Part shown: piece after piece, positions 1 through 12,070 of the stretch
Numbering within the stretch: the stretch's first letter is position 1
Layout of the letters: the number at the start of each line of letters is the position of its first letter
Source: Camelus dromedarius
Taxonomy: Eukaryota
DNA length: 64,000 nucleotides
NCBI RefSeq assembly: GCF_036321535.1
Contig: NC_087436.1
Coordinates: 51,648,001 to 51,712,000, forward strand
Direction of reading: 5' to 3'
Translations under genes and position numbers: made by a program
The notes under the pieces: generated by a model
The model's database searches: none
What the model was told of the DNA's origin: nothing
The model's input: the letters and a program-made list of their open reading frames with translations, nothing else

Positions 1-575
1 GAAGTACGTAATTTACATTAAGGGTCACTTTTCTGCATCATACACTCCTATGGGCTTTAGCAAATACATAGTGTTTTGTATCCACCATTATAGTGACAGA
101 ACATTTTCCCCATCCTAACAATCCTTTCTGCTTCTTTATCTATTCATCCTTAGTCTACCCTACACTACTTATAAAATATCTAGCAACCAGTGATCTTTTT
201 ACCATCTTTATAGTTCTGCCTTTTCCAGAATATCACATAGTTGCAATAATTCTGTATGCAGCTTTTCAGATTGTTTTTTTTTCACTTAATAATATGCATT
301 TAAGGTTCCTTCATGGCTTGTCACAGTTTGATAACTCATTTCTTTTATCACTGAATAATATTCCATTGTATGTATGTACCACAGTTTGTTTATCCTTTTA
401 TCTGTTAAAGTACATCTTGGCTACTTCTAGGTTTTGGTGCTTATGAATAAAGAGACTGTAAGCATTGGTGAGCAGGATTTTATGTAGATATAAATGTCCA
501 AATCAATTGGGTAAATATCGAGCATCATGATTGACAGATCATACAGTAAAACTACTAAGCTTTGTAAGAAACTGT
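1..575 (-). mobile_element. L1 3' end (L1MC/MB-type)
   Basis: Typical reverse L1M 3' UTR text (gcaaccagtgatcttttt...ccttttccagaatatcacatagttg...ttcacttaataatatgcatttaagg). Confidence 0.8.
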
Positions 576-944
576 AGGAAAAAGAATTATGGGTTGACAG
601 TTTCTTTCAAGGCTTGAATGATAGCATGCTTCTGGCTTGCATTTCTGAGGTGAAATCTATGGTCACTATTTTATTTGTGTTTCTGTATGTAATATACCAT
701 TTTTTCCTAGATTCCTTAAGTGTTTTCTTTTTAATCACTAAACGATACAGTGAATTTCAGATTGTACGCCCAAGAAGTCAGCTCTGCTCGGAGCTCCCAC
801 AATTGCCACTCACAAGATGAGAAAATAAATGGTGAAAAGTTCATTCTAGGTTAAATAGCTAAGAAACAGTGAAATCACCTTACAAATGCAGGCATTTACA
901 TATTTAAATATCATTTTCCTGCATATATTTCAGAAATAATTTTT

Positions 945-1545
945 TCAGACTTTTATATTTTTAGAGCAATTTTAGGGTCACAGCAAAATTGAAAGGAAGT
1001 CACAGAGATTTTCCATATGCCCCCAGCCCCCACACATGTGTAGCCCCCACCATTAGCAACAGGAGTGGTATATTTATTGTCATTGTTAAATCTACACTGA
1101 CACATCATTATCACCCAAAGTCCATACTTTCCTGAGGGTTCACTACTGGTGTTGTGTAGGCTGTGGGTTTGCACAAATGTATAATGACAAACATCCGTTA
1201 TTATCATATCATACTGAGTATGTCCATTGCCCTAAAAATCCACTGTGCTCCAACTATTCATTTCTCCCACACTCCCAACCCCTGACAATCACTGACCTTT
1301 TTTATCATCTCCATAGTTTTGCCTTTTCAGAATATCATATAGTTGGAATCATATGCTATGCTTCTTTTACTTAGCAATATGCATCTGAGGTTCCTCATGT
1401 CTTTTCATGGCTTGATAGCCTTTTCTGTTTAGTGTTAAATAATATTCCATTATCTGGATGGACCACAGTTTATTTATTCGTTTACCTGCTGAGGGACATC
1501 TTGGTTGCTTCCAAGTTTTGGCAGTTACAAATAAAGCGGGTATAG
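945..1545 (-). mobile_element. L1MC1-like 3' end
   Basis: ttttagagcaattttagggtcacagcaaaattga... terminus, homologous to 21915-23305 and to the reverse complement of 53.4-54.0 kb. Confidence 0.85.
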
Positions 1546-1574
1546 AGCAACCAAAAAAAAAAAAAAAAGTAAAT

Positions 1575-1875
1575 TTGACTACAATTTGTTTTCTGTGACT
1601 TTATTCTGTTTCTGCTTCTTGATGTTTACTGCACTTCTTGGATCTGCGGGTTTATAGATTTAATAACATTTGGAAATGTTCCAGCATCTCATAATCTCTA
1701 CATTTTTCTGACTCCCGTTCTCCCAACCCCTCTTCTGGGACGCAAGTTACATACATGGTAGACGACCTGATATTGTCCCTTAGGTCACTGAGACTCTCAT
1801 CTTAATTTTTTGTTATACTTTTCTTTGTACCTGATTTTTGATGATTTCTCTTGCAAAGTTTTCAGAGTCCCTCTT
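1575..1875 (-). mobile_element. Old L1 ORF1-region fragment (probably the same host element as 590-760)
   Basis: cttcttggatctgcgggtttatag...tggaaatgttccagc...gtcccttaggtcactgagactct resembles reverse L1M ORF1. Confidence 0.55.
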
Positions 1876-4334
1876 GTCCACCCGTTCTCGGTGGTGCCCA
1901 GGACAAGTCAACTGCTTTGTACTGGGATTCGGCTCTTCCCCGTACCTATCTACTCTTTTTAATTTGTGAAAAAGGGACTCAAGTTCAGATTAGAAAAGAC
2001 AAATAGACTGTGAGGAAAAGCTAATTCTTGTATTACAGAGAAAATTGGATGGGGTTTTTATTATAATGAGAGGAAAATTTACACATGGATAAACGGTCTC
2101 TGTACTGCTCTGATTGATTGCATTATGATTATTACTTGTTTATACTTCTTTGTACTGCGTGTTGGTAATGGTGAAAGGAAAAGAAATGTTACATTCTATT
2201 TCTATTTCTGAAACTCTCTCCTTACCAGAATTATAGAGAAAATCTTGTCACTTGCTTCAGTAATTGAGTTTTTTCATTTTATGTCATTAAAGGAATGCAT
2301 TTTGCTATCTTCAAATAAAGGAACCATAACAAATTTCTAACTTGTTTTTGAAGGAAAGTTTCATAATATTATCTTGTTTCATAAATATCAGCGTAGTCTT
2401 CACAAATCTGAGGCATTGAGGCTATTGTCAATTAAATTAGTTTGAACCACAAAATGGAATTTCCTGAGGAAAAATATTTCAAAGGTATGAAAAGATAGCC
2501 TGTCATATTTTTATATTTGTATATACAATTGTTGAAATATTCCTTTAGCTCTAGATCCTGTTATAACTCTTATACTCTCACCATATTAAAAAAAGAAGTT
2601 CAAAGGAGCTTTCCTTTAGTAAAGAAGCAAATAATCTGACAATTAAGGTTTCTGAAGCTTAACAAAACATTAAATATAAAATACTTGATAAATCCAGTAC
2701 AGTTTAAGATAAAGGATTATAACTTTTTTCTAAAAATCATCTTTCTTTATTCCACAACTAAATTAGTAAACTAGTGATTTCAAGAACACTCACTATGCTT
2801 TCTAAAAGTAAAACTGTTGAAATTCCTCTTTAGAATGACAACATGTACCAGAAGTAACTGATAACATAAATCAGGGTTGTCCAAAATTTCCTGGAAAAGT
2901 AACAGAAATAAGAAGAGATCTTAGTTCAAGTATCAGTTACTATCAAGTACCAAAGGAGAAAGGGAGACCAGTTCCTTGTGAAGTTGGAATAGTTATGTTG
3001 CAGGAAATGTGAACATTGGCCTGTCTGCCACACTCCCACAGCGGGACGTATACAAGATTTCAACACAAACAAGCTTCAGAGAATTGCCAGTGGTTATGTA
3101 TTCTATATAGTATATCCAAATCAAGAATGTGTCTCTAACACCCACTTGGAAAATCAGATTATGATTTTAAGAGCAGGCAATGTAACACCATGTAAGCTCC
3201 ACTGAAACTCATCTCTTCAGCACTTTCATAACTTCTCTTACATAGCATTTGGTGTTTTATATATCATTTAATGCTTTCTATGTTCTTGGGAACATCAAAG
3301 TCATGTGCTGTGGATATTTTTGAAGAATTTAAACTCTTAGTACATACTTTCTGCCTCTAAATTGTCTCTAAATTGTGTGAGACATAAGTATACAGTCTCA
3401 TGGTAAGGGTCTGCTGCTGACTGTCAAAAGCTCTACTAAGAAGTAAAGTCAAGATAAGACAACAAAGTATTAATAGTTTTTAAAAAGGTATAAACATGAG
3501 CATAAAGTGGCAGATAATCTTTCAGATGGGTGATTTTCAACACACTTTTTTTGAGGAACATGGAAAAGAACCAGTGTGTGTAGAGCACCTTCTAAGAGGC
3601 AAGGACTTTGAACATATTGCCATTGAGTCCTCCTAATGGCCTGCGAGACAGACATTGTTAGTGACAGCAACAGGTAAAAAGCTCAGGTTCACAGAAGCTA
3701 CCTCACTCAGAACTATTCAGACAGAAAGCCCTAAAGCTGCAAACAGTCTGAAACCCTGGTGTACCTGACGCCAGAGTCGCTATGTTCTTCATTACCTCCT
3801 TACTTCTCACTAAAGAACAATGTCACCGGATAAGTCAATGTGCTCCTAGATAATATATTTGAGGAAGAGGGTTTGAGACTCATTGTCAATTATTCCTAAC
3901 CTTTACTAGATATCAGATTGAGTTCATGCTCATTTCCATCATAACACTTACCCCATTTTGGGTTATTCTGTCTATCTTTCATCTGTTAATGCCACAAGAT
4001 TGGGAGTTTTTTGAATGCCGAGACAGTCTTTCATCTCTCTAACCACAGGATACAGCACACTAATGCATCCATTCACAAATATTTATAGGATATCTACTAC
4101 ATGCCAGGAATTATATCGGACACATGGGCTTTAGGAGAAAGCCAGAAATATTTGTTTCCTATAGGGAAGCATATAATCTACTTTAGTAAGCACCCTGAAA
4201 CTATTTCTGCAGGAATGTATCCTCAAAATGCAATTATTCTTGCATCTATTATTGAATTTCTAATTACTTCCTTTAAGAAAGGAAATGATGAAGGTGAATT
4301 AAAAACAAAACCCAAAAACTGGCACCAGAAGACC

Positions 4335-4420
4335 TAGCATCCAGTCATTATTTTTGCTACGTGTACCTTGGACACATCAATTAACCTCCTCAAACTTTCC
4401 TTTCCTTTCTGTAAGTCAAG
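4335..4420 (+). mobile_element. MIR SINE, 5' part
   Basis: MIR core-like ctacgtgtaccttggacacatcaattaacctc...ttcctttctgtaa. Confidence 0.55.
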
Positions 4421-4429
4421 GATGTCATT

Positions 4430-5185
4430 AGCAAAAGAAAGATTTCACTATCTCTAAAATATAAAGAACTCCTGTAAACCAGTTAAGAAAATAAATAAAA
4501 TTACTAGAAAAGAAAAACATCTGAAGACATTTGGGAATGACCTGTAAACTAATTTTTAACATGTTAAGTGCAGACATCCTGTAAAAGAGAAATGGTGCTC
4601 AATGGTATTAATACAAAAATTCAAAGGAAAAAAATAAGTGATATGAAATATCAATTGCCCTATATTAAAATGATTAATAATTCTTAGTATTAGAAAGGGA
4701 ATAAAAGAATATACCACATAAAGGTAGGGCTTTATATTAGTGCCCTTCTTAGGACAATTTAGCAATATGCTAAAGCATCACAACAATATTGTGATAGACT
4801 GAAGAAACAATTGACAAGGACATAAAGATGTATGTATAAAACTGTTTATAATTACATTTCTTTAAGTGAGAGACAAGTTGTACAAAAAATTAAGTGTCCT
4901 ACATTAAGGGATTGGGTAAATAACTTTAAGCAAATCCCTACAATAGAATACTAAGCATATATTCAATAAGTTGAATAGAAGATTAATATTGACATGGAAA
5001 GTGTTATATATTGCTAAGTAAAGGTAGATTTATTCCAACTAATTGCATGCATTTGACTTCACTTTCATTAAAAATGCAGCAAAAATACTGCATACATAAC
5101 TAGTTGCTAATGTGATATCTCTGCTTGGTGGTATGTTTTACTTCTTAGATTTCTGAGTTCTTTAAATGTTTTTATAATGAAAACA
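4430..5185 (+). mobile_element. Old L1 (L1ME-type) 3' region
   Basis: aaaatataaagaactcctgtaaacc...aatggtgctc...taagtgtcctacattaaggggattgggtaaataac...gacatggaaag, the usual L1ME ORF2-end/3' UTR order. Confidence 0.65.
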
Positions 5186-5189
5186 TTCT

Positions 5190-5295
5190 AAAATATGGAT
5201 GCTAATCCATACCTATTTCCAAGGATAATGGTAGAAATTAAATAATATAGAATTTATGAAACATAAGAATAATATACAAATGTAATGCTTTAATA
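5190..5295 (+). mobile_element. MIR SINE, 3' part
   Basis: aaatatggatgctaatccatacctatttccaaggataatggtagaaattaaataa continues the MIR consensus broken at ~4420. Confidence 0.5.
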
Positions 5296-5599
5296 TTGTA
5301 AACTGGTATATAAGCCAAACATCCTTGACACTTGAGTTCCACTTGAACATAACACACAATAAACTTCAGTAACAAGCTTTTAAGTACTAGTAAAAGTTAG
5401 TAGCTTTAATCAACAGAACTCATTATTTGATAGCTAAAAGGATTTTAAAACACTCTGAAACTGTATTTCCTTCTCATGTCACAGTTTGACGTCAGAGGCA
5501 GAGATTTCCAATCTGCAGTAGCTCTGCATCATGCTGGAGATTCTGCCAATTTAAACAAATCATTTTCAAGCACACTTTGGGATTTGGCTCTAAGTTAAT

Positions 5600-6393
5600 C
5601 TGAAGGGGGAAAGATCACTGACAAGCACATGTAGGAAGTTGTCATAAGCCAGGCCAGCAGGTGGTATGCATAACTTCTAATCACATTCTGTAGGTGGGAA
5701 CTTAGTCATGTGGCCACATGGCCAAGGATGCCAGTCAGGGTCAACTAGCTGTATGCCCAAGAAGATGGGGGGAAAGATTTTGGTGGACAGCAAGCAATCT
5801 TGGCCATGACTCTTGCCAACACACGCAATCCATGCGTGTTCTTCTTTCTGTATTTAGAACATACCCATGCCATTCTCAAGACAGACAATTCAAAGTCTCA
5901 ACCAGCTAAACTCAGATTTTTTCTTTATAACCTTTACTGCTCTCCTTCAGGTCCAGATGTGGATTCTTACGGTCTGATAATGGTGGAGGATGGAAGGGAT
6001 AAACACAATGAAGACTACCAATGGAGGAATGGACCACATACATCAGTCCTGTCTCCATGGCAATGTGGGATTCCTGTTGAGCAGCGTCATGAAGGCTCTC
6101 CACTCTACCCTACACAGTCATTTGGCAGGAAAATTGAATTGGAGACTCTCCCATCTGCATTTAATGGTTTCTAAAATCACTTGGGTTGGCAACACTGGCT
6201 GCCGGGGCAAGAAAGAACACGGAGATGGGCATATGGAAAGGTTTCATGGGCCAGGCCTAGAGGTTGTATATATTACTTTTACAGAGGTCAGTCGCTTGGC
6301 AATAACTAACCACAAGGGAGGCTGGAAACTCTGGCTTAGTGCAGAAGAGAAAAGAGAAAAAAGATTTGGATGTTAAGCAGCATCATCTGCTAC
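5600..6393 (-). mobile_element. Two adjacent ERVL-MaLR (MLT1K-like) LTR fragments (about 5600-5808 and 5990-6393)
   Basis: Both carry the reverse MLT1 motif series (gccaggcc...cacattct...cttagtcatgtggccaca...; atgggccaggcctagag...ctaaccacaagggaggctggaaa...ctgctaca). Confidence 0.65.
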
Positions 6394-7418
6394 AATAACC
6401 ATTAGAGAAAAAACAAAATAGAAAAATAATTGGTGTCTAACTTTCTTGTGTTTTATTCCCTTTTTGTTTTGAGTTCACAGTTATTTGTTCTCCATCTGTG
6501 GAATTACCTAGAGTTGAAATGGAGATGCTTTCATCTAGGACGATTTGACTTTGTTCTCACTGATAGCCAGAGGACACTGCTAGCCTGGGACCACTCCCTT
6601 TCCTCTAAGATCCCTACTCAGTGGGAGTCTCAGGTGAGTCCCTCACTTTGCTGTTGAATAGGTGCTTAGCCTGATACCCAAGTTTGCGCTCAGGTCAACC
6701 CTGCCTCTCCTGTCTGAGGTCACAGCTCTGGTTTCAGCTCACAGGAATGTTTTGGGGGTGAGCCTAGAGACTGCCTTTTCTTCTTGTAACCTGAACAATG
6801 CAGGAAGTATTTTTCATTCAGTCTGTAGTGTTCTATAGTGGGAAGGACTTACAGTTAAACTAATCCACCATCCAGCTGAAAGTATAGCTCCAAGGGAAAA
6901 ATTTTGTTCTAACTTGATAGTTAGAGATTTTTTTTGGTCGGCTTGCTGTCTGGAGGGGGAAACAGCAGCATGGTATAGATCATATGAATGAAATATCCTA
7001 GGTTGAATGTCATTAAGATGCTCCTTACCATACTTGGTTTTGTTTTCAATACCGATGAAAAAATACGATTTTTGCTTATGACAAAATAGAACTCTGGCTT
7101 AAATCACACAATACATGTAGATGAGTTCAGGATTTGTAGCTAATTTTAATAGTTTTAGTATTAGAGTTGCAAATAACTATGAGCGGGAATGGAGGGGACG
7201 CACCTTGTTTTATCCTATCTAATGAGATAAATGATTGACTATATTGGAAATTAAGCATTTTGAAATATAGAAAAACACAAATCAGAAGGGCAAATTTGGA
7301 ACTCACATCCAAGTACTGTGCAAATAACAGGGCACCCTGACCCGAGAACTCCTCAAGAATCACGTATGAAACATGCATGTCCACTGTGGAGGTGGGTGCA
7401 GCTCTCAGTGCCTTATAC

Positions 7419-7634
7419 CAGGGTTTCTCAGCCCCAGGACTACTGACATTTTAGACCGGGTAATTCTGTGATGTTGGGAGATAGCCTGTGCACCATAGGA
7501 TGTTCAACAGCATTCCAGGCCTCTCTCTAATAAATGCCAGTAGTAACCCCCTCTTCCAATTGTGACAGCACTAAAATGCCTCCAGATGTTGTCCAATGTC
7601 TCCCAGGGGCAAAGTCTCTCCTGGTAGAGAACCA
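7419..7634 (-). mobile_element. MER20 (hAT-Charlie DNA transposon), essentially full length
   Basis: cagggtttctcagcc...tgtgcaccataggatgttcaacagcattccaggcctct...ccaggggcaaa...gagaacca matches the reverse MER20 consensus; 8-bp repeat ccttatac at 7411-7418 and 7652-7659. Confidence 0.9.
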
Positions 7635-7734
7635 ACAGTGATTGGTTGGTTCCTTATACCAATCACTAAAAAGGTCAGTCAGGTATCTAAACATGTATTC
7701 TGCTTTTGTGCTTACCAAACCATCTACTGAGGCA

Positions 7735-7985
7735 CTGCTGAAAGAGTGGGTAACACCAAACTACCTGGGTTCACAACCCAACTATCCCATTTATTAGCTA
7801 TATGGTCATGGTCAAGTCTCTTGACTTCTCTGTGCTTCAGCTTCCTTATTTCTAAAATGGGGAGAATGATAGCAACTACTTCACAAGGTTGTTGAGAAGA
7901 TCAGATGACAACTGTTGTAAAGCACATCAATCAGTGCCTGGCACATAATGTTTTATTAATTACTTTAATTAATTGATTATTATTA
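7735..7985 (+). mobile_element. MIR SINE
   Basis: cctgggttcacaacc...cttctctgtgcttcagcttccttatttctaaaatgggga...gttgttgagaagatcagatga...cagtgcctggcacata. Confidence 0.85.
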
Positions 7986-10933
7986 TTCATCTCACTTATC
8001 TTACAGTCTTTCAAACATTAATGATTCTTTCCAGTCTACTTGATAGTTATGTTTCTCTTTATAAATTAATATATGGATATTTAGCTTTCTACTTGCGTCT
8101 TCTGTAATTTCTGGCTGGTGTAAGCCAGAAACCCTGAATTTAGTTAAACGACACCTGCAGCAATGAGACTCTGGAAGCTGAGAAGAACATTCTGTATTGC
8201 CATAAATTAATTAAAGAAAATATATCAGGTATAAGGAGGTCGCTGGGTAGCCCTTCCATCAAACTGCCCTGATGACAACTCTATCTTACTACCTGCCAGC
8301 TTTCAACTTCAAGTTGTTATTTAATTACATATACGTGATCATATTCATTGTAATAAAAATAACCCACAGCCCTCCCATCCCATGTAACCACGTGGTCACG
8401 TGCAGACCAGTTCCTCTTATCTGTGAAATAAGATGATGGGGCCAAAGAGGTTCTATGCCCCCTTACAGAGCTTATATAACCATGAATATAAATATTCATT
8501 AATAATTTCCTTACGGGTTGACCAGCCTTATGTTGAGAACAAGGGGGTTCCAAGAAATGGGAATGATCAGGTCAGTTTTGACTGCGTGGGGGACAAGCCT
8601 GAGTGGGGCTTTGCAAGGGGGAAGGCACACTGGAACACACAGCATCAGGAACACAAGGAAACTGTCTTGAGGATAAGCTTCTAATTCACAACTGTGTGCA
8701 GGGCTGCCTCTGTGCACAGACGTCCCTTTGCAGCTGTCTCATAACCGTGCAGGGCAGACAGAGAGCCGAGCCCACATCGCTGACATCGCTCCTTGCCGAC
8801 AGTTGGAATGTGAAGAAACCTCGCTCCCTGAATGACAGGTGAGAGCTAAGCTTTCATTTTCTGAAGGAGCCTACAGTGAAGAGACAGCTTGGTTTTCCTG
8901 ACAACAGTGCATTGACGCTCCTCCTTCAGACCCAGGAACGGTGCCTTGACTGTGACAGCCCTGTTGTCACTCTTTCAGAGCCTCAGGAATGGGGAGGTGG
9001 AGGGGTACACGGTCCCTTTTCAGTGCTGTTCTGCCATCACTCAGCATACTCCTACCCCAGATGCTCTGACGGCTGCAGCCCAAGCGTGCCATTTCACCCA
9101 GGGCCCCAGTTACACAGCTTCAAGGCACCTTTACCGCCAAGCTGCCGTAAAGCTCTTCCTGGCACAGGCGGCACATAAATGAGTAACACTGCGGTGACGA
9201 GAAGCCTTTTGCTGTGCCGCTCTGAACGTACCTGTCCGTAAAGCACGGAGGATCACGTGCGGTGGCTCTAGCCTTGGGAAGCAAAGGGCACTTAAAAATG
9301 TGAATAAGAAATACAGAAGTTGTTGGAAATGCTGATTCAGTCTGGGCATGGTAAAATCAGCTCCTGCAAAGAGTATTTATCTTCTCCATATACCGTCTTC
9401 CTTCAGCAAAGTGTGGAAATAATCATGAGCCTGCTCCGATATGTATAATAAAATCAATTTTAGTTCCTGGAACAGCAGGCCTAGTTTGAGCTGGGATTAA
9501 AGTGGCACGCGAAGGATTTGATCTTTTCAATTTTTAACTCTTGGTATCTCTTTAAATTTATTCCTACAAGCTACTTTAAAATAAAACCTTGGCTTTAAGT
9601 TTTGAAAATTCAATGTTATTTGTTAAGAATAACTACAAGTTATTTGCTCTTATATCTAAAGGTAAGTGGAAGGTATAAATTTCCATAGGTGCCTACCTCT
9701 TTCCCAATTCAAAGTATTCATTATTACTGTTAGTCAGTGTATGTGGAAAGCTACTTTCTTCCCCAGCCCTTAGATTCTGAAGGGACCGAGAGTAGGAACT
9801 GCAATGTTAGGAGCTTACTCTAAAATGCCTTCAACATTTTAGTTATCCTGGATTGTAAATTTGTTTAATTATGAAAGAAGTAAAGCAAGGTAGTCTAACT
9901 TGCTCTCAAATGGCAAAGAGATTGCTTTGTAAATCTTTAGCACATTCCTGGTACACAGTATATGCTCAGAATGTAAAATCAATAGCTCACTGAACACCTG
10001 AGGTTTCTTCTATTTTAAATTCTTCCTTATTTTATTTAGAAAGAAAAATCATGATTCTATGAAGGGCTAATTCAGAACACAGTAGTAACCAAAAATTGAA
10101 AAACCTTTATCAATGATTCATAAATAAAATTTGCTTTATAATTATGAAGTCATCTCCTCGGGCTGCCTAACAGTGCAGTTTTCTCAACACAGCTTCTCTC
10201 TGCTGATGCCCCGAAACTCTCTACGTAATTTTGCATATGGAAAATCAGTTATAATCTGTGTTTCTGGAAAACACATTGCAGGAGTGGTTTATCTTTCACT
10301 GGGGACAACTTCAGCCTGTATAAATGGGGGTGCCAGGGCGGCAGCAGGTGCAGGAGCACGATGTGTAGGTGTGCTTGCAGTGTAGCAAGATCATGGAGCA
10401 GGACACTGAAGTGACTGGTTTTGCCTAATACAACATGCAACTCCGATTTTCTGCTGCAGCCCTTAATCTCAAGAAAGACTTATAGAAAGTCCTAAACGTG
10501 ATCATGAAAAGCCCATAAAAAGCCCGTATGCACTGAAAAGTTCTTGGAGAGATTGAAGTCCGAGTTGCAATGTTGAATATGTCTTGGTAGGACCCAAATA
10601 GAAGTGCAGGGATTTTAAAAAATTGTCCCTAAAAATTTTTGCTATCATGAAATTTTAAAGAAAAACTTTCTGAAAAATTTGGTAAGTAATAAAATCTCCC
10701 TTTGTCTTCTTTTATTAAAAATTATCTTTCTTTCCTGAATAAAATATTTTAATTTATTAATAATGCTTTTCAGACCCATGAAAGTCTCAGTATGACAGAT
10801 TCAAAAAGTTCATAAGTAAATAGTTCATGCTAATTTTCAAAGCCTGTTCAATATGTTACTTTTTTAAAGGTCTTTCACTGAAAAAGCTTTCCCTCCAGAA
10901 AGCATAAGACACAGAATTATTTTGCTGTTTCTG

Positions 10934-11470
10934 TGTTATTTAGAATGCAGCAGGCTTTAAATAACAAAAGACCCAAGAAAATACTTAGCCATAAAAACAT
11001 AACATAAACATAACAAGAAGTCCAGAGGTAAGGCAAAGGCAGGATTCATTAGTGTAATGAGACACAGTATCATCTGACACTTCTGTTCTGCCATCTTGAA
11101 CTTAATATCTAATTCCTTTGTGGCTGTAAGAGGGCTGCAGCAATGTGAGGTATCAGTTCCTTGCACAATAATTTCTCAAGGGCAGAAGAAAGGATACATT
11201 TTCCTTTAGACTTTTTATTTTTAAAAAGAATATCTCCCAGTAAGCTCTCAACAAACTCTATATTTTGCTGGGCATAACTGCCTTATATTCAATTTCCTAC
11301 TCTTGAACAGGTCACCAAAAATGAGGAAAGCACTACTGTAGAACAGCTATGATTGTTAGACCTAATGTTAGATCCAAACCTCAAGAACTAGTCCTGATCC
11401 CAGTCTGCCCTGAAGGAACTGGGCTTACAATACATGAACAAAATTGGGATCCTGTGTGCAAAGAAGGGAT
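10934..11470 (-). mobile_element. ERVL/MaLR-type LTR (LTR33/MLT1-like)
   Basis: tgttatttagaatgc...aataacaaaagaccc...ttctgttctgccatctt pattern of reverse old LTRs. Confidence 0.5.
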
Positions 11471-11859
11471 CCAAAGGAACAAGGGGAGGGATTCTGTACA
11501 ATGGAGGAGCTGGACAATGACAAGATACCCACCAGTACTACAGGTATATTTTTACATCCACAGGGGCATTTTTCATGATGATGATGATTTCTTTACTAAA
11601 ATGTGATCATTTTTGGCGCTAGAGTTAAGGGTCTAAAGTTTGGGCCATATGAAGAAATATGTTTGTACGAAATCTGAGTTTTATACTATTAATTCCCATG
11701 CTCTCTTTTTTATTAAATCCAGCTTTCAAGAAGAGTTCCTCTGCTTCTCCAGCAGATCAGAGATACATAATATCTCATTTGAGCTCCAAATGTCACTAAA
11801 AATACCAGACTCACTTTCTTAGGGTCTGATTTGAAAAGGTTTCTACATCATTTAAAACA

Positions 11860-12070
11860 AAAATACAAACAAATGCCCTTTCTTGGAGATCTACTACAGG
11901 ACATGCTTTCGCAAAATAAAGGAATAAGCAAGAGAGAAGACAGGGGATCCAGGAACCATGAGTCCAACTCTGGAAAACAAGATTGGGAAGTTCCAAGACA
12001 AGAGCCGTGCAGCAGCTGACTGGGTCACCATCCCAGACTGCAGGAGGAAAGTGGAGGCTCTGGTCGAGGG
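11860..12070 (+). mobile_element. HAL1 (half-L1) fragment
   Basis: ccctttcttggagatctactacaggacatgct...caagagagaagacaggggatccaggaac resembles the HAL1 ORF end; it explains ORF 11831-12019. Confidence 0.55.

Noticed and set aside
5718..6376. Overlapping 124/128-aa ORFs
   Set aside because: They largely overlap MLT1 LTR remnants; no recognisable domain or splice support.
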